Shown in pieces: positions 1 to 11,300 of a DNA stretch of 64,000 nucleotides. Position 1 is the stretch's first letter; each line of letters begins with the position of its first letter. The notes under the pieces were generated by a model. That model did no database searches. It saw nothing but the letters and a program-made list of their open reading frames with translations, and had not been told where the DNA came from. The translations under genes were made by a program, and so were the position numbers. The stretch covers positions 22,370,767 through 22,434,766 of the forward strand of contig OZ037766.1 of assembly GCA_964035545.1 (NCBI GenBank). Reading direction: 5' to 3'. The stretch comes from Bugula neritina. Taxonomy: Eukaryota > Animalia > Bryozoa.

Positions 1-216
1 TCAAATAGAAGTCATACCATAGATAGAGTCACTTTTACATATTTGTAGACTATTAAATGCATCTACAGGTTTTTTTAAGCACTTTAAGCCATCTGAAGAG
101 ACTATCTGCAACAATCTGCCATATGTTATCAATATTAAATAGAACTTTAATAACAATTCATAAGCTTTTTTGTATTATAATCGGGTCAAATAGACTTATT
201 AACTTTGAGTTTTTAC

Positions 217-896
217 CTCATCAACTCCACATGCCTCACAGCTAACTGCATCCCCACCAAAGTAGGAGAGTGTTTTGAAATTAGTCTGGCATATACAGTT
301 GTATCCTGGATAAAATATAAACAATAGAAACAATTACTAATATATTATATACAATACTGGCAATTATAATCATGATGATCATGATGCATGATTACCAGTA
401 CCCAACATGAAAATACTGGTACTCAGTCTCAAATATACACCATAGCTGCGATAGCATGGCTATAAACATTAGCATAAATTAAAATAATAATAATAATAAT
501 ATTAATATCAACTTTATTTCATCTACTTTTGGACAGATTTTAGTTAAAGTATCATTATTACTATTATTGTATTACATTTATTATTATAATAAGTACTATT
601 TGTTTCTTTCAGTTTTAAATGTTTTACTTTAAAGTTTAGCCCTTTGAGCTTTGAGTTTGGCTTTTAGTTTGACTTTGAGTTTTAAGTTTGACTTTTAGAT
701 TTTTACCTGACTCATCCGATCTTGTATTAGGTTGCGAGCATGGTTTACAACGCATTTGCAAAATATCAAAATATTGCTCTCTGTTTGTGCCGGCTTGAAG
801 AGGACAAGGTATGGTTGGTTTTGGAACTTCTTGACTATAAGCAAATGCCATAAAAAGAAGGTAGAAAATAAAAAGCGTAGCGCGAACGTCCGCCAT
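217..896 (-). CDS. TMEM67: Meckelin (transmembrane protein 67), 5' part; exons 896-707 and 305-217; gene continues off the left edge
   Basis: Signal peptide, then EQYFDILQMRCKPC, spliced in phase 1 to GYNCICQTNFKTLSYFGGDAVSCEAC. This matches the Cys-rich N-terminus of meckelin (QYFDISALSCVPC...GTSCVC...GG...CKKC). GT-AG junctions are canonical. Confidence 0.85.
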
Positions 897-2348
897 GTTG
901 ATTATTACTCTCTAAACTTCGCGACGTAAATACTGTATGCAGATAAATAGTATGTGAGCTGAGATAACCAAACTAAAGTATTGCATTATAACTTGAATTA
1001 TTAAATTATATTACATACCTTTATAACAAAAATTAAATTTGAAAAATAATTATACGCAGTATGCAAGTTCTTTGTCTGTAAAATTGATTATAAATTTATT
1101 CAAGACTACATATTCTCAATGTGGCTTTGTTACAAGCGCCAATACGTTTATTTAATTCAATTGATGAAATTGTCACACTTTTACCTGCTGAAAAGTAACT
1201 ACACTAAGCACCATAACCCACTTTTCAAGCTAGCAAGATTGTAACTTATAATAATACTCATACTCATAGCCATACTCGTACTGTAAAATAACTATTAATA
1301 TTATGGTATGTTGAAGTTGGCCTGTTCTAATTTATACCATCAATACTTACACTTACAGTTTAAGTTATGCTATTATATTAAATACTAATAATATTACTGT
1401 AATAATGATCATTAACCGTTTAACGTGGACGATCACTGTTAGTGTTACATTATCTGTACAGTTTCACTATGACTCTAAGTCTATTATGAGTATGACCATC
1501 ATTATGATTATGACTATCAATGTGATTTTAGTTGTTATCTCTTTCAGTTTCACTCAGATTTTAATCAAATTTTGCGTAACGGACTAGCCCCAGCCCCAGG
1601 TTAGACTTGGAGTGGTAATTTTATTCTAATTCTCTGAATTGTTTAAAATCAATAATAATAAATTTATAATAATTGTACATTTAAAACCTCTTCATCTTGT
1701 AAAAGAAGAACTGGGTGGTACAGCCATACTCATTGGTCAATAGTCACACAGGTAGTACTATTTGTGCTGTATTCACTGAACAGGAACTTTATCCTAATGT
1801 CTAATAGTAATACTAATAGTAATAGTAATAGATTATTATTTAAGATACAGTTATATTAATATTCATATTGTTATTCAAATTGCATGATTTTCAATTTGAC
1901 CCTTGGGATTGGCATCTCTTTCAATTTCACTTTGACTTTGAATACCTAATCCTAACACTAACAGTAAAACTTAAATTAAGTATAACTTTATAAGATTTTA
2001 AGCTTAAGTTTAACACTAACATCATGTCCTTAAGTTAAACATTGAGTTTCACAATATTTATTAATATTAGTATTACTTTCTATATTCATGTCATGAAGTT
2101 GAACAAACTAAAAGTATTAAAATAAAAGTGTATTACAGAAATAAATTATAGGAATATAAATTAATATAATATTGATTAAATTTGTTATGTTCAAAGCTTA
2201 ATAGTTTTAATTTTGAATTTCAACTTTTGAATATTTTTATCATTTTTATTTTAGCCTGTGATTCCATTTTGGTGTGTTATTTTATAGAATAACTTCAGAG
2301 TTGTGAGATAAAAAAAGACAAGAGAAACAGTTGTTTTCTGGAAGTAAA

Positions 2349-5300
2349 ATGCAGAATTACTGGATCCTTTGCAAGATTGTTCTCACAGTGACTATCCTAA
2401 ATTTAGTAGCATGCGGTGAGTAAATAATAAAGAAGCAAAACAAATTTCAAAATATTCGCAGAGTGGTATGTTTTAGCTCTATTGGTTGTTTTAAGTTTTA
2501 AAGTACTATTTATATATTTGATGCTGCTGTTTTTTTTCTAGCTTTCTATCATTATGTTTAGTAAATATATTACAGAGTTGAGTTGAGTTCTAGCAAATCA
2601 AATATGGTTCAAACAGAACAATTAAAACTAATCATGGTCAGTCATTGACTTTCGAGTCAATTTGAAAATAATCCTGACATACTCAAGGTTTATTTAAAAG
2701 AATGGTGTGTAGTCCATGGTAATATACCAGCTTAATATTAAAGAATTAATTTGGATCTTGATATTTTGAAGGTAGTACATCTTAAATAAAGCAATAAACA
2801 ATGACCAAATTAAAAATAGTAATAGTTGAAAACAAATTAGGGAAATTTTAGTTAGTTTTCATACAAAAAAAAATTAAGAGAAAAATGTTGTCTCATAAAA
2901 TTATAACCTTTACTTTGACTTATACTGAAGAAATTTCATTTATTAGGTTATTTGTTACCATGATTGGGAATTTAATGAAGCTGTGTACATTTATATTATT
3001 TTGTCATGGCTATGCCCAATTTCAAGTAATGTTACCTAATCAATACTTTGCAGTATTGGAGTTTTTCTGATTTGTTTTGTAGCTGTAAATCTTGAATTTA
3101 TCAATTTCAGATATATCAAAAAGGCTTCGAAACTATGAGCTATTGCAACACACAGACATTGTCAGTGAATCAGATGGTAGAGCGAGGAGGAGCTTGCCAC
3201 CCCATCTTGCTGATAAACCTGAGGCTATAAAACAGTTAACTATTAAAACTCCAAGCAAAACATTTGACTTGTATCTCACAGAAAACAAAGAACTGTTTGG
3301 TGAAGGTTTTTCTGTCAAGCTAATTAGCAAAGATGGGCAAGAAGAGTCACTGCCCTTTAATACCCACAATTTTCTCTATGGGATTGTTTTAGGTACTAGT
3401 AGTTATTTTTGTTACCCAATCAGTACAATAGGTTCAAGCTTGCTTGAATAAAATTTAGCTGTTCAGAAGCGACACACAACCTCATCACTTTTGATAAAAA
3501 AACTCATGTATGTGCGCTTTTAGTATTTTTGAGTTTGACCTGTGATTTTTTATAATAGCAAGTAGGATAAGCTATTAGTTTAAATATTTCAGTAATCGTC
3601 TGCTCTTGCAAGGGTCATTTAAACTGTTCTTTCAACTGCTCAAGCTCCACTTTTTTTTATAAAGGCTGCTATTGTTACGCCATAACTGCTTCTCATTTTG
3701 TATTATATTATCTCACATTGTTTCATGTGATATTGCACGAAGTGGAATTATTCATGTATCATATTGTGTTGTAATATATAAGGTGAGGCTAACACAGAAG
3801 TCTTCCTCCACTGGGATACAGACAATGCTCTCAACGCTAAGATTGTAACTCGAGAGGATACCTACTATATTGAAGTATGTAGGCAATGGCTTACCAATTC
3901 TGAAGTTGATTGAAGTTCCTTAATTGTTATTGTTGTTGTTTTTATATTTTTTATGTTATTTGTATATTTTTCATACAACACATTCATAATTGATTTATTA
4001 TAATTTTCACATCAGTGTGTAGATCACTGTTTTTTTCTAATAAGCTGAACATAGTACCCCTGAAAAAAATGTGTGTATCTACATAAGCATACAGGGTATG
4101 TTCTGTCTGGTCATGACTCCAAACACCAAAATTATTTGTATTCGGCGATGGTTAGAAACACCTTTGACTGCTATTTTGTTTTAGGTTTTGTCTGCTGTTT
4201 CTAGAAAATATATTGTATTTTGTTTTAGCCTTCCTACAGGCTTGTATCAAAGGCTATATCTGACAACTATTCAATGATTGCGTATAAAGCCTCAGATCTT
4301 ATTATGGATCCTAAAGAACATAGGTGAGTATGGGAGGGTCTCTTAAAATTGGCACTACCAATGTATTTACTGTTACTATCTGAGCCAAGTATGGCATTTG
4401 GTAAAGGTTACCTTTTTTATGGTGACTTTTTCCTTTTTTATGATTTATATTCAATATACATATTCAATACTCGTAAACTGTGATAGCGTTCTTTCTAAAC
4501 TAACTTATACCTGTCTTGTAGAGAAATGTTTGGTGGAGTGAAACCCAAGCCCCGTACCCCTCATCAGCAGATAAACTACTCACATGCTATACCCCCAGAT
4601 AATCCATTTAATGTCTATCTAACAGAAAAAGAGAAAGGTGACTATGCTTGTTAGATCGCTTTCCATGTTTGCTCTGCAAGTTTGTTCTTTTTACTTTTTG
4701 ACTCAATGCAATTAGAATGACTGAAAAGCATGACTCACCAGTTTTGATTAGGTCATACATATTTACGGTAATCTGAATGGAGAAAAACTGTTGTGATCAT
4801 GCATAGTGCACCATGCATCATGCATGTGATCATAGCTATTGCCATTAGCTGCTGTCTGTTAAGCTAGTTATCGGTTCTTGTTTGTTACAGGGAGAAAGAG
4901 AAGACAAGCTGTTGAGACAACAAAAAACACCTGTGGACTGCTAGTTGTTATAGACTACAGGTTCCTTCACATGATTATGGACGATGATGCCGCTAGGGCT
5001 TCAAATTATGTGGTCAGTACAGTTTATGGTGCTCAAACTTTGTACTAAGAATTATATGTGTTGAACTCATAAAATGTGTTATGTTGAACAGTAAACCTAT
5101 AAGTTGTCGTTTGTACTGTAGAAGTTGGTTTTTTACATTATAGGTTGACCTGATAGGACGTGTGAATAAAATTTATAGAGGAACTACTTTTGGGACATAT
5201 TCTGGTTTTGGGTTTCAAATTGAGCAGGTATGAATAACTGTTGGTTACCCTTTGGTGTTAACCCAAAGTTCAATAAAGATATGTACCTTGTATCTGATGT

Positions 5301-8300
5301 TTTTGTGCTGTTATTAAATGTTGTCAAGACAGAATACAACCAGGCCACCAAGGTATGAATTCAGACATATTTGCAGTTTGCTTCACGTCCATGAGAATGA
5401 TGGTGATGCAAATTACTATTCCTATTACTTTGTATATTGTTAGATTTAGAAATTTATTTTATAAAACCGGTATTATTAATTTTTTTAAATGCTAGAAGAA
5501 TACTTGTAGGTTTTGTAGCTGTGATGATAAATTCTATATATACATTGATGAGACATATAATACATATATGTGTGTACACAGAGGTATTAGGTCTACAGAG
5601 ATTTCTCTTGCTTAGTCATGCTATCGAATATCACTAATACACTAACCTTGTTCTTAGAACGGTATTTTGTCAAGCACATTCATAACAACACATGATGTTT
5701 TTTTCTCACAGTGGGCATACTTATCTCTATATATGTGTTAGATGCCAGTGTTTTCATTTGGTGGCCAATGACGATTCATTTCCAGAAATGGGCACCATTA
5801 TTTGCAGATAAAAATTCACTCTCAGGGTGATTCTGACCCAGATCACTACAACTACGGAGGGAGAAGCACTGCACAAGTCTCTGATTCCGAACCAAATCCT
5901 GTTAATATCCTTCTAGATGTAAGATGTGCTTGTTACTTCATGGGGAGATAATCGCCTTATTACATGTCTTGAACACAAGTTATTCTGAAACCGTCGACTC
6001 GATACTTGTGTTTTGGGTATTTGTAATTTGGTAATTGTCTCCTTTTCGTGGGGCTTCCCACTACCCCATGTAATTTTACTAGCTTGTGGTTCTCTGTAAT
6101 ATTTTAGATTCTTATAGACACTGACATGTCTTCTTGTAAGAGTGGTTGCTCTCAGGCTATCTCTAGTAACTGCTTGGCCAGTAACTGCACCGAGAAGCAT
6201 ATGTTAAGTGTAAGATATGCATGTGGTAGCAGCCTGCCTTCCCCTTAATATGCTGCATGGTGTTGTAACTCTGTCCAGTTATATTACAAGCTTTTTTCTT
6301 TTTTTTTCTTCTGGGTGAGAGTTGCCAAAAGTTATAAATATATACATTTAAATTCAAATTTTTAAAGCAATAGGCAGTTTGTTACTTAAAAATAATTGTT
6401 TTACGTAAGATATTGTCATTCATTTTAAAGAAAAAGCGATGTACTCTACTTGAATATTTCAGTGCTGTGCTATTGGTGTAATTTAGCATTCTATGTGGTT
6501 GCTGGGGTTTAATTCAAATGAAATTACATGCTTTATTCAACAAATAATTTCTTTCACTTAATTGGTTAAGCTACTAAACTAACAACCCTTTTGATTTGGC
6601 TAACTCTAAAATTCAATTAAACTGAAAATATATTTATACTAGGCATAGCCTGTTCTCCAGTCTGTCAACTGGATGTTAGAGAGCTTTTTAGTCTGCCCCA
6701 TACCTTTGTTGTGAATATTTTTAGTTTGTAATGTCTCTTTAGAGCTGTAGAATGCTATTGGCTATACATGTGTAATTAAGATGTATGCATCAATGTTTTC
6801 TTCCATTTTAAATTACTTCGAATTAAATACTGCTAACTAGAAAAGATAACTACGTTTCAATATAGGGTCTTTGTTACTATAAAAAGTTCTAAAATAATAT
6901 TCTTTAGGCATGTGAACTAATTATACACTCAAAAGAGCACTGATAAGGATATCTAATGTCACTAAACAAAATTTATATGTAATTTCATGTTTGCACTTTT
7001 GAAGAGGTCATAGTGTCTAAAGACCATTAGCTTACTCAACTTTGTGTGCAGTCTATTCATCCCATGCAGATTGCTTGTGTTGGTAACTTGATTCACCCTG
7101 CGTATAATTTACCCTGTTTTTAAACTCATATACAGAAATCGCAGGTTGTGTTGAAAGCATTTCTATAAACCCATTTTTCTCTGGTTTGCAGTCATTTGGT
7201 CGAGTGGATAAGACAGGAAACACAGACTATAAGAAGTTCTGTTTGGCTCATCTATTCACAGCGTATGCCTTTGATAACGGAGTGTTAGGTCTGGCCTACA
7301 TCGCGTCCCCTTCCACTCGAACATTTGGTGGTATCTGCTCTGGATGTAAGTTGAAGTTTGGTTGGGAATCGGCCATCGTGCGAGTTTGATTTTGTTTGCA
7401 GTATTATTCCTATGATTATCTTGAATTTAGGAATGTAAAAAGTCTAAAATTCATTTAACAGAAATTAAAACTAATTTAAATTCCTTAACGCTCTATCTAC
7501 CCACTAACAAGCTCCATTTGCAATTTTCGTACAAATACTTTTCAATATTTCTAATTTTATATAATATGCTATTTGCTATTAGCTATTTATTGATTACTGA
7601 CAACTTTCTGTGCTATTTTTTTATGTAAGTATTTGTGCATTAAGCGTGTGTTTTATCTGGGCGATATGCTGTATTGTAATCAATTTTCTCTATATTGCTT
7701 TTGGAATATTTTAGCTTTTTACGACAGCTCAATATCCGCTCAAGTGTATCTCAACACCGGTTGGAGTTCGGCTTTCAATAAACGCTCAGAGAAAATACTC
7801 ACACAAGAAGCCGAGATTGTGTTGGCTCACGAACTGGGTAATGTGACCGTACTTGTTTATGACTGTAGATAAGTCTAGAGTATTGAACTTGATATGCAGA
7901 GATTCAATAACTATTAGGATTGAGTTTTGAGTCGGGTGATTACTTGAATGTACAATAAATGAGACTGGAATCTGAAGAATTAAAGGCTAAGACTGGTGAC
8001 TAGTGAATAAAACCGACTAATTCAATAAATGAGTTGAAAGTTGATATATTTAGTGTCATTAGGCATTACTTTGCTGATTCTTGGTCAATTGATAAAATGA
8101 ATACTGTGAAAGTGTAAAATTAAATATCAATAATAAATAAGAATGTGCGTGTAGGAGTGTGCTTGTTTGAAGATTCAGCTTTATTTAGTCTCATTAAATG
8201 TAAACCATATTCAAACAATAATAATCTTCCTAATTTCATTATGTTTTCTGAAATGTGTTGATACAGGACACAACTGGGGCAGTGAACACGACCCGGAATC

Positions 8301-11300
8301 TAAGGATTGTTCTCCAGCAGACATCTCTGGTGGCAAGTACATTATGTACACATTTTCCGTGAATGGAGAACATTCAAATAACAAGAAGTTCTCTGCCTGC
8401 AGCAAAGCATCTATTGGACAGGTGCTGACCAACAAGGCAGATATCTGCTTCAAAGGTGTTTATCTTGTATTTATATGTTTACAAGTCTAATGGCATATAT
8501 AATATGAGTAAATTGAGTGGTGTTTATCAGAAACTTCAATGTATGGCTAGGAATGGAAAAGGTTGCATTCTACATAGTGTGAAGGTGTTTTTATACCTTT
8601 TTTCAAATATTGTGTGCCAATTAATTCAATTTGACATAGTTTCCCTGGAGTTATTGAAATCATATTAACGCAAAATAACTCTTTTTAATATAGATAAAAA
8701 ACTTAAATAAAATAGTTCTTTAAAGCTTTTATTTGAATCATTTAATGTCAAATGAGCTAGTCATTTAACGTGAAAAGCAATTGCTAAATTTTTGCAAATC
8801 TGAAAGGACAAATTATTGTGATAATAGTTTCGACAAGTTCCTTTCAAATGCAATAGAGTTATCTCCTCTAACAAATTTTCTTTTAAATAAAATTGTGAAT
8901 GTATAAACTCACTTTCATCTAAAATTCTATGATAGAAATGTCAAGCCCTACCAGAGGGAACTTCAAGCAAGATGCAGACGAGGAATGTGACGCTGGACTG
9001 CAAGGGGATGCCTGCTGTACAAATGATCAAAAACTCAAACCTGGTGCTGACTGTAGGTGAGGAGAGTAGATGTTGTAAATTTGTTATATTCTCTTCTTGC
9101 ATTAGTAGGCTCTTAGTTATATTTGCTGCTGTTGAGGTTGATAAAACCAAAACATTGCAGCTACAGTGCTCCCTCCTTAAATTCAGCCATTTTGTTCCTA
9201 TGTACACATGAGCCACAAAACGAGGCCCAAGTCCTTCTTGTAACCTATGGAATTTTGTGAGAAAGGGATCTGAGAGATATGGAGGGAGCACTGTATTGTT
9301 CAAACTGTGATTACCCGTGGAAACAGTAAAGCTAACTTTGATTGTTTGAATTGTTAACCGGAAATGTTGACTAGTTGTCTTGTGTCACAGTATTACGAAT
9401 CACGTCTGCTGCAAGAACTGCCGTGTGGCTGACTCCCAGGGTCAGCTGTGCTCTTCTGCGTCTGAACTCTCTTGTGTCGCCAACAGCGTCTGCACTGGCA
9501 CAGAGAGAGCCTGTCACATAAAGTTCAAGGACGTTGGAGATTATTGTCAGAATGAGCAGTAAGTTATTTCCCGTGTTGTAGGTAGCAGGGTTGGGGTAAT
9601 TGTAATTTGTAATTGTAATTGGCTGTAATTAATTACATTTTTTCAAGTAATTGAATGTAATTTGTAATTGAGGTTTAAAAATGTAATTGTAATTGTAATT
9701 AATTACATATCTAATGTAATTGATTTTTACAATTACTTTGTAATTACATGTCAATTACTTCAAACTTTTAAATTTTAAAAATCTCCTTTTTCTACAATGC
9801 CTACTGTTAATTAACAAGTTCAGATAGTTAGGTCAATATAGTAGGGTCATTCCATGCCAGCTCACCAAATGGCTCGCGTCTATAATTTGCGTCTCAGATT
9901 TTGTTCATGTTTACACCAAAGAAACCTACACATGCCTCAAGTACTCTTTTTCAGTATTTCTGACCTGACACAATTTTTTTTTGAGAACTGGCTACTTTTG
10001 TGGACAAAGGTTGAGAAACAATTTGAGGAAAATTTGTGATTTCTACTTTAGACTAATCTATAAACGTCTATATCGCAATCATTTTTCTAGACTGAGCCTT
10101 AAAATTTGCTGTGTGATTTGATGATACCTATCAATTTGCACTAGTAACAACACATACTGCAGAATACTTTGTGTGCATATATGCAAAGTCTTTGAATATG
10201 AACAAATCTTTGTAAATTTTGAAAAATTTCAAATATTCGCCTAATCAAATTTTAAATTACTTCTAAATTGGTCTAAAAGTATAAATCACAAATTTTCCTC
10301 AAAATATTTTCTAACCTTTGTTCACCAAAGTAGTAATTTCTCAAAATGTTTGTGTGTCAGGCCAGAAATATTCACGAATGGTAATCTGAACATGTGTAGG
10401 TCCATTTAGTGTAAATATGAGCAAAATCTGAGACATAAAGACGTGGGACCCCTTGAAAGTTGGTTGATTTGGTATGGAATGACCCTATAGTATCACTGTA
10501 GAAAACAAAAGAGGTTCACCACTGTCAACATTGCCCTGGTAGTTGGACCTTAGAAGTGTCATTGTATAACTTCTAGTTATTTATCTCTTGTGAGAACAAA
10601 AGTAATTGTAATTGTAATTAATTACATTGCCATGTAATTGTAATTGTAATTAATTACATTCATTTTTAACTGTAATTATAATTGTAATTGTAATTGACAA
10701 ATCTTCATGTAATTGTAATTGTAATTAATTACATTTACATGTAATTGACCCCAACCCTGGTAGGTAGTATTCTAAACTTGACCTTATACTGACCTTGTGT
10801 TGTGCTTGTTTGTCAATTACTTCTACACATCAATGAATGTTCCAATTGGTATTAATACTTATTTTTGTAGAGGTCGATGTGTCTCTGAAAAGAATGAAAC
10901 AGTTTGCAGATCTTTTGCTCGAGCTCTAGGATTGAACAAGTGCACCTGCCCTAATAGTTAGTGTATTATACACATATTTATATATGTATATATAGTATGT
11001 CTTTATGACATATTCCTCATATGTTTATTAACTTTGACTGAGCAGTATTGTAGTCATGACTTAGGGACTTTCTGACTTGTATAACTACCAGGTCACATGA
11101 CTGAGTATGTTGCTTGTTACTTGTAGAGGATGACGTATGCAAACTGTGTCATGACCCTGGTACTGGGTGTCGCTTGTTTAAAGCTGCTGAATGGATAGAG
11201 CACGTCGAACAATGCCCAGATGGAACAAACGTGAATGTTAAAGTTTGCTCTAAAAGTAAAGGCAACCCTTTAAAGCCATATGATGTTGATAAACTTGAAA

